A DNA stretch of 64,000 nucleotides from Escherichia coli O127:H6 str. E2348/69 (GTDB lineage Bacteria; Pseudomonadota; Gammaproteobacteria; Enterobacterales; Enterobacteriaceae). Location of the stretch: the NCBI RefSeq assembly GCF_000026545.1, contig NC_011601.1, one strand, 5' to 3'. Below, piece after piece: positions 10,384 to 23,815 of the stretch (position 1 is the first letter of the stretch; the number at the start of each line of letters is the position of its first letter). A model generated the notes under the pieces. The model searched no databases. It worked only from the letters and a program-made list of their open reading frames with translations, and had not been told where the DNA came from. Both the position numbers and the translations under genes were made by a program.

Positions 10384-12216
10384 TCAATGTTTCAACGACC
10401 AGAAGATCTTTTCTGCCAGACCTTGCGAAATACCCGGCACTTTTGCAATTTCCTCGACGCTGGCGTTACGTAAACCTTGCAAACCACCCATATATTTCAA
10501 CAACATTTGCCGACGTTTTGGCCCGACGCCTTCAATGGTTTCCAGGGAACTGGTATTTTTGACCTTCGCCCGTTTTTTACGGTGCCCGCCAATCGCGTGA
10601 TCGTGTGATTCATCGCGAATATGCTGGATAACATGCAGCGCGGGAGAATCTGGCGGCAAACTAAATCCCTCACCTTCCGGCTCAAAGAACAGCGTTTCCA
10701 GCCCAGCCTTACGATCTGCTCCTTTGGCAACGCCAAGTAGCAGCGGATGATTTTTATCCCATGAGACATCCAGTTCGGCGAAGACATTTTTCGCCTGCGC
10801 AAGCTGGCCTTTGCCGCCGTCGATAAGGATCACATCCGGGATCTTACTGTCGTCAATGGCTTTACCATAACGCCGACGCAGCACCTGATTCATCGCCGCA
10901 TAATCATCGCCCGGCGTGATGCCAGTAATGTTATAGCGCCGATACTCCGCACGCAGCGGGCCGTTAGCATCAAACACCACACAGGAAGCGACGGTTTGTT
11001 CACCCATGGTATGGCTGATGTCAAAGCACTCCATCCGCTTCACTTCCGGCAATTTCAACACGCTGGCAAGCGCGGTCAGCCGCTGGTGAACGGTAGATTG
11101 CTGCGAAAGTTTGCTGGTTAAGGCCGTCGCCGCATTGGTACGCGCGAGTTTCAGATAACGCGCTCTATCGCCACGAGGTTTGGTTTGAACATTAATCTTG
11201 CGTCCCGCCAGTTCTGAAAGGGAATCGGCGAGCAGCGTTTTATCGCTAAGATTAAAATCGAGCAGGATCTCACCCGGTAAGGTGCGCATCTGGCTGCCTT
11301 GTAAATAGAACTGACCTACGAAGGTTTCCACCACCTCGCTCAGTTCCGTACCGCCAGGCACTTTCGGGAAATAGCTGCGGCTGCCGAGCACTTTGCCCTG
11401 ACGAATGAACAATACGTGGACACAAGCCATACCCGCATCGAACGCCACTCCAATAACGTCAAGGTCGTCGCCGGTATTGGAAACAAACTGTTTTTCGGTG
11501 ACACGTCGCACCGCCTGAATTTGGTCGCGAATCCGCGCCGCTTCTTCAAACTCCAGATTCTGGCTGGCAGTTTCCATACGACTAATGAGTTGCGTAAGCA
11601 CCTGATCATCTTTGCCAGACAAAAACAGGCGCACATACTCGACCTGCTGAGCGTATTCTTCTTCACTCACCAGTCCTTCAACGCACGGCCCCAGACAGCG
11701 CCCTATCTGATATTGCAGACACGGACGCGAGCGGTTGCGATAAACACTGTTTTCGCACTGGCGAATGGGAAAAATCTTTTGCAGTAGCGCCAGTGTTTCA
11801 CGTACGGCATAGCCATTCGGGAACGGGCCGAAATATTCACCTTTGGCATGCTTCGCTCCACGATGCATCGCCAGACGCGGGTGGGTATCGCCACTCAGGA
11901 AGATAAAAGGATATGATTTATCATCGCGTAGCAAAACGTTGTAACGCGGCTGATAAAGTTTGATGTAGTTGTGTTCCAGTAATAGCGCTTCGGTTTCTGT
12001 ATGAGTAACCGTTACATCAATTTGCTGGATCTGGGCGACCAGCGCTTCGGTTTTGCGCGAAGCGAGGTTGCTACGGAAATAGCTGGAAAGCCGTTTTTTC
12101 AGGTCTTTCGCTTTGCCGACATAGATAACCGTACCACCAGCATCGTACATGCGATAAACGCCTGGCTGGCTGGTTACGGTTTTTAAAAACGCTTTTGCGT
12201 CAAACTGATCACTCAC
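10384..12216 (-). CDS. uvrC: Excinuclease ABC subunit C UvrC (610 aa)
   Basis: Track [45 protein letters not shown]... (GIY-YIG N-terminus). Confidence 0.95.
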
Positions 12217-12869
12217 TGACTTGATAATGTCTCCGCATTACACAGACCATGGCGAATTGCCAGGTGAGTCAGCTCAACATCGCCATGAATGTTTAGTTTA
12301 CTGAACATACGATAGCGGTAGCTGTTCACCGTTTTCGGACTGAGATTGAGCTGTTCTGAGATCTCATTGACCTTCTGGCCCTTGGTGATCATCAGCATAA
12401 TCTGCAATTCACGTTCAGACAAACTGGCAAATGGGCTTTCTGTTTTTTCTGGTTCGATCTGGCTTAACGCCATTTGTTGAGCGATATCAGAAGCAATGTA
12501 ACGCTGCCCTGAATAGACAGAACGAATCGCACTCACGACTTCCTGCGGAGCCGCGCCTTTGCTGAGGTAGCCCGCAGCTCCGGCCTGCATGACTTTCGCT
12601 GGTAAAGGGTTTTCTGTATGGACGGTAAGCATGATGATTTTGACATCAGCTGTGGAACGCGCGATTTTACGCGTCGCCTCAAGACCGCCAATGCCCGGCA
12701 TACTCATGTCCATTAGCACCACGTCAACGGCATTTGCCCGGCACCATTTAACGGCGTCTTCACCGCACGATGCCTCACCGACGACTTTTATACCCTTTAT
12801 ATCTTCCAGAATGCGTCGTATCCCTGCGCGCACCAGTTCGTGGTCATCAACAAGTAGAACGTTGATCAA
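12213..12869 (-). CDS. uvrY: Response regulator UvrY (BarA/UvrY two-component system, 218 aa)
   Basis: Track [29 protein letters not shown]...; overlaps uvrC start by 4 bp as in K-12. Confidence 0.95.
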
Positions 12870-13327
12870 AGGAATATCTCCAGAAATAGGGATAACGCTA
12901 CTGATAGTTAGTCATTCGTATATTAGCGGTTTTTATTGCAACTTTGAAACGTTAAAAATGGTGGGTATTCGATTTTTCTCTCGTTTTTGTCAATTCGATT
13001 GTCCACAGTTATGGTCACGCCCGTCACCAACGGCTTCCGGGATCGTTTCACAGTAAGCCCGGCGATGAAATGTGACAAAAATTGACTTTATTCAGCAAAA
13101 ATGAAAATCAGCCCGCTGAATATGTAACATTAATTAACCCGAACAATACGGGCAAAAAACATTCATGATAAAAATATTTATTGGTCATTATATTAACGTA
13201 TTTTATAGTACTGTTGATATCACGCTCAAAAAACAACCACTGCTATTTTTAGCAAAGCTTATGGTATACTCCGCCGCCTTAACATTTTTCACCGCAAATT
13301 TTCATTGCAACATGACGAGGAAAATAA

Positions 13328-13552
13328 ATGAGTACGCCTGATTTTTCTACTGCCGAGAATAATCAAGAACTGGCAAATGAAGTCTCCTGCCTGAAAGCGA
13401 TGCTGACGCTGATGCTGCAGGCGATGGGACAAGCTGACGCGGGCCGCGTGATGTTAAAGATGGAAAAACAGCTTGCGCTGATCGAAGACGAAACCCAGGC
13501 TGCAGTATTTTCCAAAACGGTTAAGCAAATTAAACAAGCCTACCGTCAGTAA
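13328..13552 (+). CDS. yecF: DUF2594 protein YecF (74 aa)
   Basis: Track [29 protein letters not shown]... Confidence 0.85.
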
Positions 13553-13619
13553 TATAAAACCGGCTGAGAGCGTGCCTTTCAGCCGGTTTTTGCATCTGGC
13601 ACGCAGAACAGAAAAGAGA

Positions 13620-14342
13620 TCAAATTAAGCCAGTAGCGGCCGCGTAACAAGCAACCTGCGTCTTATTCGGTGCATTGATTTTTTTCTGCATGTTTTTCTG
13701 ATGGAAATTGACCGTATTCTCAGAGATTGACAAAATCATCGCTATCTCTGCTGATGTCTTACCTTCCGCCGTCCATTTCAGAATTTCTTTTTCGCGCTTG
13801 CTGAAATTCATCTCTGACGTCATCACTATTTCATCATTTAAACGCATCAGAGCCATCAGACTTTCGCGCACCAGTAGCTGCATTTTTAATTGCAGTTCAT
13901 CACTAAGAATGGGTATTTCGCGCGTGCTGCAACGGGAAAAGGACAAAAAGCCCAACGCCCGATTTGGCAGCATTAAATACTGAGTGACACCGCGGCGTAA
14001 ACCATGTGCGCGCGCAGCTTCCCATAACGGCTGTGCTTCGCTGAATAAGTCATCATTCCACATTAAATGGCCCTGACTAAAGTTTTCAGGGTTCAGCACC
14101 GGATCAATTGCGAGAAAATTTTTTGCCTGATAATAACTAACCCACGACTCAGGGTAATTGGTGTAGAAAGCCACTTTAGGTCGCGTGAATGGTACCGGGT
14201 GGCGAACACATAACGAATAGTAATCGTACTCCAGCTGCTGAGCCTGAAGCTCTATTTCATGGTAGACCTCTTCTGCGGCCTCCATCCTCTGAAAACGCAA
14301 CAACATCGTGCGAAGCCAGCTGAAAAAATCCGTATCCTGCAT
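13620..14342 (-). CDS. sdiA: LuxR-family quorum-sensing regulator SdiA (240 aa)
   Basis: Track ORF trimmed to MQDTDFFSW...; C-terminal HTH ...TSAEIAMILSISENTVNFHQKNMQKK. Confidence 0.95.
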   Translation of the reverse strand: MQDTDFFSWLRTMLLRFQRMEAAEEVYHEIELQAQQLEYDYYSLCVRHPVPFTRPKVAFYTNYPESWVSYYQAKNFLAIDPVLNPENFSQGHLMWNDDLFSEAQPLWEAARAHGLRRGVTQYLMLPNRALGFLSFSRCSTREIPILSDELQLKMQLLVRESLMALMRLNDEIVMTSEMNFSKREKEILKWTAEGKTSAEIAMILSISENTVNFHQKNMQKKINAPNKTQVACYAAATGLI

Positions 14343-14399
14343 AGTAAACCGCAACGCCCCTGAGAGTGAGTATCATTTATAATGATAATTCAAACTATC

Positions 14400-14568
14400 A
14401 CATAAATAAGATTTATATATAATTTATATTATTCAAGCAATGAATTACTTTTGCAAGCCATCGCATTCTCTTATGTTATTAATGAGTTATGCTGATTTGT
14501 TAAGCAGTTTTATCACGTTTGAAATGGCGTCCCGCCCCGACTGGTGAATCGTCGGGGCTGATTTTTTC
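14400..14568 (+). ncRNA. sdsN: Candidate SdsN-type sRNA in the sdiA-tcyN intergenic region; 5' end not determined
   Basis: Plus-strand intrinsic terminator (ccccgactggtgaatcgtcgggg + T-run, 14535-14568) in a region with no plus-strand ORF; sigmaS-dependent sRNAs are reported adjacent to sdiA. Placement is from memory. Confidence 0.3.
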
Positions 14569-14571
14569 TTA

Positions 14572-15324
14572 TTATTGCAGCAGAAACTTCTCCAGGAACT
14601 GGCGGGTGCGAGGCTGCTGAGGATCAGCAAATAACGCTTTTGCTACCCCCTGCTCGACTATCCGCCCCTGGTCCATAAAAATCGCCCGGTCCGCAACATC
14701 CCGGGCAAAGCTCATTTCGTGCGTCACAATCACCATCGTGCGCTTTTCCTGCGCCAGCTGACGAATGGTGTTCAGGACTTCGCCCACCAGCTCTGGATCC
14801 AGCGCCGACGTTGGCTCATCAAACAAAATCACTTCAGGACGCATTGCCAGAGCACGCGCAATCGCAACGCGCTGCTGTTGACCGCCAGACAAACGACGTG
14901 GATAACTGGTTTCTTTACCGGCCAGCCCAACTTTCGCCAGCAGCTCGCGAGCGCGCGCCGTGGCCTCTTCTTTCGGTTCGCCTTTGACGATCACCGGCCC
15001 TTCAATAATGTTTTCCAGCACCGTACGATGCGGAAACAGATTAAAGTTCTGGAAGACAAACCCGACGTGCTGACGCAACTGGCGAATCAGCGATTTTTGC
15101 TGACTTAATGAACGTGCAGTATCAATAGTGATATCGCCAACGGTGATGGTTCCCGCTTCCGGTTGTTCCAGCAGATTTATGCTGCGTAGCAACGTGGTTT
15201 TGCCGGAACCACTCGGACCGATAATTGCCACTACTTCGCCAGGCTTCACCTCAAGGTCGATACCATGCAGCACCGTCTGACCGTGGAATTTTTTCACCAG
15301 GTTCTTAACTTCAATGGCACTCAT
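14572..15324 (-). CDS. tcyN: Cystine ABC transporter ATP-binding protein TcyN/YecC (250 aa)
   Basis: Track ORF with Walker A GPSGSGKTT and signature LSGGQQQRV. Confidence 0.9.
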   Translation of the reverse strand: MSAIEVKNLVKKFHGQTVLHGIDLEVKPGEVVAIIGPSGSGKTTLLRSINLLEQPEAGTITVGDITIDTARSLSQQKSLIRQLRQHVGFVFQNFNLFPHRTVLENIIEGPVIVKGEPKEEATARARELLAKVGLAGKETSYPRRLSGGQQQRVAIARALAMRPEVILFDEPTSALDPELVGEVLNTIRQLAQEKRTMVIVTHEMSFARDVADRAIFMDQGRIVEQGVAKALFADPQQPRTRQFLEKFLLQ

Positions 15325-15989
15325 TTGTGTTCCCTCTCCTGGCGATTAAGTTGATTCTCAAAATGGTTCTGCAACGTCGATAACACAGTCGCCATAATCC
15401 AGTAGATGAGCGAAGCCGCCAGGTACATGGTGAACACCTCCAGCGTGCGCGAGGTAATCAACTGCGCCTGACGGAACAGCTCCGGCACCTGGATTGTCGC
15501 GGCCAGCGACGTATCTTTTACCAGGCTGATAAAGCTGTTCGACAGCGGCGGCAACGCCACCCGCGCCGCCTGTGGCAAAATCGCGCGACGCATGGTCTGC
15601 CATGGCGTCATGCCAATACTGGCTGCAGCTTCCCACTGACCTTTATCAATAGAAGAAATGGCGGCGCGCAGCGTTTCGGCAGCATAGGCGGCAGTGTTCA
15701 GCGACAGACCAATCATTGCTGACGGAATGGGATCTAATTCGATACCAAACTGTGGCAGTCCGTAATAGATCATAAACAGTTGTGCGATGAGCGGCGTACC
15801 ACGAAAAATAGAGATATAAAAACGCGCCAGCCAGCGCACGGGCCAGATTGGCGACAGGCGCATCAGCGCGAGAATAAACCCGAGCAGTAAGCCAAAAAAC
15901 ATGCCGCCGATACTGAGTTGCAGCGTATACCCAGCCCCTTTCAGCAGGAACGGCAAGGAATCAATAACCAGTTGTATACTTTCTTGCAT
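15321..15989 (-). CDS. tcyL: Cystine ABC transporter permease TcyL/YecS (222 aa)
   Basis: Track ORF MQESIQLVIDSLPFLLKGAGYTLQLS...; polar amino-acid permease. Confidence 0.9.
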   Translation of the reverse strand: MQESIQLVIDSLPFLLKGAGYTLQLSIGGMFFGLLLGFILALMRLSPIWPVRWLARFYISIFRGTPLIAQLFMIYYGLPQFGIELDPIPSAMIGLSLNTAAYAAETLRAAISSIDKGQWEAAASIGMTPWQTMRRAILPQAARVALPPLSNSFISLVKDTSLAATIQVPELFRQAQLITSRTLEVFTMYLAASLIYWIMATVLSTLQNHFENQLNRQEREHK

Positions 15990-16003
15990 GAGCGTTCCCG
16001 GAG

Positions 16004-17895
<1,892 letters not shown>

Positions 17896-17982
17896 ATTTA
17901 CCCCGAATGTTGTTATGTCTGTTTGCAGTGTAGAGCCATTGTTTGTAAACACAAAAACAACTCCGCTACATCTTATTCTTAT

Positions 17983-18534
17983 TTAATATATATCAGAAGC
18001 AGGTTGGCTGGAGGATTTCTGCACAAGTCCGGTACACGTTTGACGCTGATAGTGTTGATACTTCCGTAACGCGATGCGGTAATTGTTGGTGCTGGTGGAG
18101 GGCAGCCACGGGGCGAGGATTTCATCAAGGAAACCGTCCTGCAGCTGGTCGAGGGAAATATTTTGCTCGTGTAGATGATTCCCCAAACGGCGCAGACGAA
18201 CGACATATTCACGCACCGTACCAGGGCTCATTTCAGTTTGCTCAAAAAGAAATTGCTTAAAGCCGATAATATCGAAAAAATCACTCTGCGTTTTGCAATG
18301 TAAATCACCGCAAAATCGGCACAATGCCGCCCATGATTGTTGTTCCACTTGCCAGCCATTTTCATCAAGCAGCGTGTCCAGGCGGGAAATCTCGATTTTA
18401 TTCACTATTTTGCCGTCGCGAACTAAGGTAATGCGATCGAGTAATTTACGGCAATGCGCGCAATGGGTCTGGCTGTGTTTAAAGTCTTTAAGATAGCGGC
18501 TTAATGGCCGTCTTTTCAGGTGCTGCACCATCAT
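17983..18534 (-). CDS. fliZ: Flagellar regulatory protein FliZ (183 aa)
   Basis: Track ORF trimmed to MMVQHLKRRPLSRYLKDFKH... Confidence 0.9.
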   Translation of the reverse strand: MMVQHLKRRPLSRYLKDFKHSQTHCAHCRKLLDRITLVRDGKIVNKIEISRLDTLLDENGWQVEQQSWAALCRFCGDLHCKTQSDFFDIIGFKQFLFEQTEMSPGTVREYVVRLRRLGNHLHEQNISLDQLQDGFLDEILAPWLPSTSTNNYRIALRKYQHYQRQTCTGLVQKSSSQPASDIY

Positions 18535-18579
18535 TAAGAACTCCTGGTAGTCAAAATTAAAGTGCGGCATTTACTGACG

Positions 18580-19299
18580 TTATAACTTACCCAGTTTAGT
18601 GCGTAACCGTTTAATAGCCTGGCTGTGTAACTGACTGACCCGCGATTCCCCGACCTCCAGCACCGCACCAATCTCTTTGAGATTCAGCTCTTCCTGATAA
18701 TAGAGGGTTAATACCAGTTTTTCGCGCTCCGGCAACGTTTCGATGGCTTCCATCACCCGCTGGCGCAGATTACTGTCCAGCAGTTGTTGTAGCGGGTTTT
18801 CTCGCTGATGATCATCAGTAACCAGTTCGATGCTATCGCCGTGCTCTTCGCGCCACTCATCGTAGGAGAAGAGCTGGCTGTTATTGGTGTCGAGCAACAT
18901 TTGGCGATAATCGGCAATATCGATCCCTAAACGTTCCGCTACCTCAGTTTCCGTGGCGTTGCGGCCAAGTTCCTGCTCCAGTTGCCCTATTGCCTGTGCC
19001 ACTTCACGCGCGTTGCGTCGCACGCTGCGCGGCACCCAGTCACGGCTGCGAAGTTCATCCAGCATAGCGCCACGTATACGCTGCACTGCGTAAGTTGTAA
19101 ATGCCGTTCCTTGTAGGGCGTCATAGCGTTCGACGGCATTAAGTAACCCAATGCCGCCCGCCTGTAGCAGATCGTCAAGTTCCACGCTCGCGGGCAGTCG
19201 AACCTGCAGGCGCAATGCTTCGTGACGCACCAGCGGGACATAACGCTGCCACAGCGAGTGTTTATCCATTACACCTTCAGCGGTATAGAGTGAATTCAC
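18580..19299 (-). CDS. fliA: Flagellar sigma factor FliA (sigma-28, 239 aa)
   Basis: Track ORF MNSLYTAEGVMDKHSLWQRYVPLVRHEALRL... Confidence 0.95.
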   Translation of the reverse strand: MNSLYTAEGVMDKHSLWQRYVPLVRHEALRLQVRLPASVELDDLLQAGGIGLLNAVERYDALQGTAFTTYAVQRIRGAMLDELRSRDWVPRSVRRNAREVAQAIGQLEQELGRNATETEVAERLGIDIADYRQMLLDTNNSQLFSYDEWREEHGDSIELVTDDHQRENPLQQLLDSNLRQRVMEAIETLPEREKLVLTLYYQEELNLKEIGAVLEVGESRVSQLHSQAIKRLRTKLGKL

Positions 19300-19424
19300 G
19301 ATAAACAGCCCTGCGTTATATGAGTTATCGGCATGATTATCCGTTTCTGCAGGGTTTTTAATCGGGCGATTAGTGGGTGAAATGAGGGGTTATTTGGGGG
19401 TTACCGGTAAATTGCGGGCAGAAA

Positions 19425-19619
<195 letters not shown>

Positions 19620-21266
19620 TTAACCCTGCAGCAGAGACAGAACCTGCTGCGGTACCTGGTTGGCTTTTGCCAGTACGGAGTTACCGGCCTGCTGGATAAT
19701 CTGCGCTTTCGACATGTTGGACACTTCGGTCGCATAGTCGGCGTCCTGAATACGGGACTGCGCTTCAGACAGGTTGGTAGTGGTGTTGTTCAGGTTGGTC
19801 ACTGCGGAATCCAGACGGTTTTGCACCGCACCCAGGGAGGAGCGGAATTTGTCGATCTGGCTGATAGCGTCGTCAAGAGCTGCCAGCGGATCTGATGTTG
19901 ATTCTGCTTTGCTAGTCGTATCCGTTGTTAACTTACCATCGGAACCTTTGTAGACCAGTTTCCCGGCAGCCGCATCCTCAGTAGTTGTGATACTTCCATC
20001 AGCTTGTGCATAGTAAGTTGGCGGAGTATCACTGAGAACCCCATTGCTCATATAAGCGGTGTCTGCAGCAGCAGAACCTGTTGTTACGCTATAAGTCTTA
20101 GCACCTACAGTGGCAGTATAAGTGTCATTTTTTACTGCATTTGCAAATGTATTGGCATCAATGGACATTGATGCACCATCAAACGCTGTACCGTCACTGG
20201 TGAATGTTCCTTTATCAGTTTGGATGGTCGCGGCTTTAGCACCAGTAGCAGTAGCAACTTTAGCCAAAGTAGCTTGTGTATCACCACCAGCATTATTTTT
20301 AGTTAAGTTACCGGTAGCATCCATATAAAGTACTGCGCCATCATCAGCAGCAGTTAAATTACCGGATTTATCGATGTTTACATCTTGATCTTTGCCACCA
20401 ATTGTAACTGTAGCTTTAGTCGTATCTCTGGCCTGAGGATTGAGGAAAGCAGCCAGGTTAGCGCTGGAAATATCATCAGAAGCGGCGGAATATGAATTAG
20501 TGTCTTTATTGTAGGTATAGGTTACAGCAGCGGCTGGTGTACCAAAACCAACATCGGCGCTAGTTGTAACTTTATTTCCATCTGCGCCAGCAACAGCATT
20601 TAGAATATCTACGCTACTTGCTACAGCCGATTTGTCAGTATATTGAGTTACACCAACAGTTCCCCCTGGTGCCGCCGCAGCTGTGAATCCAGACATATCT
20701 TTCAGGGTTGCTGCCGTATTAGCCGTTTCCCCTTTGCCGTTCACATTAAACCCATTCAGCCCCAGCGTATCAGAGTCAATTTTCTTCAGATCAATAGTGA
20801 TAGTCTGGCCGTCATTCGCACCAACCTGAATTTTCATCGAACCGTCTTTTGCCAGTACGTTCACGCCGTTGAACTGGGTCTGACCGGATACGCGGTCAAT
20901 TTCGTCGAGACGGGATTTGATTTCGTCCTGAATGGAGTCCAGATCCGAATCAGAGTTAGTCCCGGTAGAAGCCTGAACCGTCAGCTCACGGATACGCTGT
21001 AAGTTGTTGTTGATTTCGGACAGCGCGCCTTCAGTGGTCTGTGCAACAGAAATACCGTCGTTGGCGTTACGTGCAGCCTGAGTCAGGCCTTTAATGTTAG
21101 AAGTAAAACGGTTAGCAATCGCCTGACCCGCGGCGTCATCCTTCGCGCTGTTAATACGCAAGCCAGAAGACAGACGCTCGATAGAACTCGACAGCGCAGA
21201 CTGGTTCTTGTTGATATTATTTTGAGTGATCAGCGAGAGGCTGTTGGTATTAATGACTTGTGCCAT
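19620..21266 (-). CDS. fliC: Flagellin FliC, 548 aa, non-K-12 H-antigen variant
   Basis: Conserved N-terminus [54 protein letters not shown] and C-terminus ...[12 protein letters not shown] flank a long Thr/Ala/Gly-rich central region; K-12 FliC is 498 aa. Confidence 0.95.
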   Translation of the reverse strand: MAQVINTNSLSLITQNNINKNQSALSSSIERLSSGLRINSAKDDAAGQAIANRFTSNIKGLTQAARNANDGISVAQTTEGALSEINNNLQRIRELTVQASTGTNSDSDLDSIQDEIKSRLDEIDRVSGQTQFNGVNVLAKDGSMKIQVGANDGQTITIDLKKIDSDTLGLNGFNVNGKGETANTAATLKDMSGFTAAAAPGGTVGVTQYTDKSAVASSVDILNAVAGADGNKVTTSADVGFGTPAAAVTYTYNKDTNSYSAASDDISSANLAAFLNPQARDTTKATVTIGGKDQDVNIDKSGNLTAADDGAVLYMDATGNLTKNNAGGDTQATLAKVATATGAKAATIQTDKGTFTSDGTAFDGASMSIDANTFANAVKNDTYTATVGAKTYSVTTGSAAADTAYMSNGVLSDTPPTYYAQADGSITTTEDAAAGKLVYKGSDGKLTTDTTSKAESTSDPLAALDDAISQIDKFRSSLGAVQNRLDSAVTNLNNTTTNLSEAQSRIQDADYATEVSNMSKAQIIQQAGNSVLAKANQVPQQVLSLLQG

Positions 21267-21342
21267 GATTCGTTATCCTATATTGCAAGTCGTTGATTAC
21301 GTTTTGGGTTTCCACCCGTCGGCTCAATCGCCGTCAACCCTG

Positions 21343-21369
21343 TTATCGTCTGTCGTAAAACAACCTTTA
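21343..21369 (-). promoter_or_regulatory. fliC sigma-28 (class 3) promoter
   Basis: Minus strand reads TAAAGGTT-N11-GACGATAA versus consensus TAAAGTTT-N11-GCCGATAA, about 80 bp upstream of the fliC ATG. Confidence 0.7.
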
Positions 21370-21461
21370 GAATTTTTTTCACAAACAGCCATTTTTTGTT
21401 AGTCGACGAAATACTCTTTTCTCTGCCCCTTATTCCCGCTATTAAAAAAAACAATTAAACG

Positions 21462-21488
21462 TAAACTTTGCGCAATTCAGGCCGATAA
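21462..21488 (+). promoter_or_regulatory. fliD sigma-28 (class 3) promoter
   Basis: TAAACTTT-N11-GCCGATAA about 45 bp upstream of the fliD ATG. Confidence 0.75.
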
Positions 21489-21531
21489 CCCCGGTATTCG
21501 TTTTACGTGTCGAAAGATAAAAGGAAATCGC

Positions 21532-22938
21532 ATGGCAAGTATTTCATCGCTGGGAGTCGGGTCAGGTCTGGATTTAAGTTCAATCCTTGATAGCCTCACC
21601 GCCGCGCAAAAAGCGACGCTAACCCCTATTTCAAATCAGCAATCGTCGTTTACCGCTAAACTTAGCGCCTACGGTACGCTGAAAAGCGCGCTGACGACTT
21701 TCCAGACCGCCAATACTGCATTGTCTAAAGCCGATCTTTTTTCCGCTACCAGCACCACCAGCAGCACCACCGCGTTCAGTGCCACCACCGCGGGTAATGC
21801 CATCGCCGGGAAATACACCATCAGCGTCACCCATCTGGCGCAGGCGCAAACCCTGACAACGCGCACCACCAGAGACGATACGAAAACGGCGATCGCCACC
21901 AGCGACAGCAAACTCACCATTCAACAAGGCGGCGACAAAGATCCGATTTCCATTGATATCAGCGCGGCTAACTCGTCTTTAAGCGGGATCCGTGATGCCA
22001 TCAACAACGCAAAAGCAGGCGTAAGCGCAAGCATCATTAACGTGGGTAACGGTGAATATCGTCTGTCAGTCACATCAAATGACACCGGCCTTGATAATGC
22101 GATGACACTCTCGGTCAGCGGTGATGATGCGCTACAAAGTTTTATGGGCTATGACGCCAGTGCCAGCAGCAACGGCATGGAGGTCTCGGTCGCCGCCCAG
22201 AATGCACAGCTGACGGTCAATAACGTCGCCATTGAGAACAGCAGCAACACCATCAGCGACGCGCTGGAAAACATCACCCTGAACCTGAACGATGTCACCA
22301 CAGGCAACCAGACGCTGACCATCACTCAGGACACCTCCAAAGCGCAAACGGCGATTAAAGACTGGGTGAATGCCTATAACTCGCTAATAGATACCTTCAG
22401 CAGCCTGACCAAATACACCGCCGTAGATGCGGGAGCTGATAGCCAGAATTCTAGCAATGGCGCACTACTCGGCGACTCCACGCTGCGAACGATTCAGACG
22501 CAGTTGAAATCGATGCTGAGTAATACCGTCAGTTCTTCCAACTATAAAACGCTGGCGCAGATTGGTATCACGACCGATCCCAGCGATGGCAAACTGGAAC
22601 TGGATGCCGACAAACTCACCGCTGCATTGAAAAAAGATGCCAGCGGCGTAGGTGCATTGATTGTTGGCGATGGTAAAAAAACCGGCATCACGACCACCAT
22701 CGGCAGCAACCTGACCAGTTGGCTTTCGACAACGGGCATTATTAAAGCCGCTACCGATGGCGTTAGTAAGACCCTGAATAAGTTAACTAAAGACTACAAC
22801 GCCGCCAGCGATCGCATTGATGCGCAAGTCGCGCGCTATAAAGAACAATTTACCCAACTGGACGTTTTAATGACCTCGTTAAACAGCACCAGCAGCTACT
22901 TAACGCAGCAGTTCGAAAACAACAGTAATTCCAAGTAA
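21532..22938 (+). CDS. fliD: Flagellar filament cap protein FliD (468 aa)
   Basis: Track ORF MASISSLGVGSGLDLSSILDSLTAAQKATL... Confidence 0.95.
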   Translation: MASISSLGVGSGLDLSSILDSLTAAQKATLTPISNQQSSFTAKLSAYGTLKSALTTFQTANTALSKADLFSATSTTSSTTAFSATTAGNAIAGKYTISVTHLAQAQTLTTRTTRDDTKTAIATSDSKLTIQQGGDKDPISIDISAANSSLSGIRDAINNAKAGVSASIINVGNGEYRLSVTSNDTGLDNAMTLSVSGDDALQSFMGYDASASSNGMEVSVAAQNAQLTVNNVAIENSSNTISDALENITLNLNDVTTGNQTLTITQDTSKAQTAIKDWVNAYNSLIDTFSSLTKYTAVDAGADSQNSSNGALLGDSTLRTIQTQLKSMLSNTVSSSNYKTLAQIGITTDPSDGKLELDADKLTAALKKDASGVGALIVGDGKKTGITTTIGSNLTSWLSTTGIIKAATDGVSKTLNKLTKDYNAASDRIDAQVARYKEQFTQLDVLMTSLNSTSSYLTQQFENNSNSK

Positions 22939-22962
22939 TCAATATTCATCGGGAGACAGGTC

Positions 22963-23373
22963 ATGTACGCGGCAAAAGGCACCCAGGCCTATGCACAAAT
23001 TGGCGTCGAAAGCGCCGTAATGAGCGCCAGCCAACAGCAGTTGGTCACCATGCTATTTGATGGAGTGTTGAGCGCACTGGTTAGAGCGCGCCTGTTTATG
23101 CAGGACAACAATCAGCAAGGCAAAGGCGTCTCTTTGTCAAAAGCGATCAACATCATTGAAAACGGACTGCGGGTGAGTCTTGATGAAAAGAGCAAAGACG
23201 AATTAACCCAAAACTTAATTGCTCTTTATAGCTATATGGTCAGGCGTTTGCTGCAAGCCAATTTACGCAACGATGTCTCCGCAGTCGAAGAGGTGGAAGC
23301 ATTAATGCGTAATATTGCCGATGCCTGGAAAGAGTCTTTACTCTCCCCTTCTTTGATTCAGGACCCAGTCTGA
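22963..23373 (+). CDS. fliS: Flagellin chaperone FliS (136 aa)
   Basis: Track [37 protein letters not shown]... Confidence 0.95.
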   Translation: MYAAKGTQAYAQIGVESAVMSASQQQLVTMLFDGVLSALVRARLFMQDNNQQGKGVSLSKAINIIENGLRVSLDEKSKDELTQNLIALYSYMVRRLLQANLRNDVSAVEEVEALMRNIADAWKESLLSPSLIQDPV

Positions 23374-23738
23374 TGAACAATGCACCGCATTTGTATTTCG
23401 CCTGGCAACAACTCGTCGAAAAAAGCCAGCTCATGTTACGCCTGGCAACGGAAGAACAATGGGACGAACTCATCGCCAGCGAAATGGCGTATGTGAATGC
23501 GGTGCAGGAGATCGCACACCTGACTGAAGAGGTTGCCCCGTCCACTACGATGCAGGAGCAGCTCCGCCCGATGCTGCACCTGATTCTCGACAACGAAAGC
23601 AAGGTAAAGCAGTTATTACAGATTCGGATGGATGAACTGGCGAAACTGGTCGGTCAGTCATCGGTGCAAAAATCGGTGTTAAGTGCCTATGGCGATCAGG
23701 GCGGCTTTGTGCTGGCTCCGCAGGATAACCTCTTTTGA
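23373..23738 (+). CDS. fliT: FliD chaperone / anti-FlhDC factor FliT (121 aa)
   Basis: Track [37 protein letters not shown]... Confidence 0.95.
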   Translation: MNNAPHLYFAWQQLVEKSQLMLRLATEEQWDELIASEMAYVNAVQEIAHLTEEVAPSTTMQEQLRPMLHLILDNESKVKQLLQIRMDELAKLVGQSSVQKSVLSAYGDQGGFVLAPQDNLF

Positions 23739-23815
23739 ATCTTAATGAGCCGATGGCTCGCGAATAATCCGATTACGGCTACGCTTCTAATATTCCCCTT
23801 GAATGGAGTCGAAGA

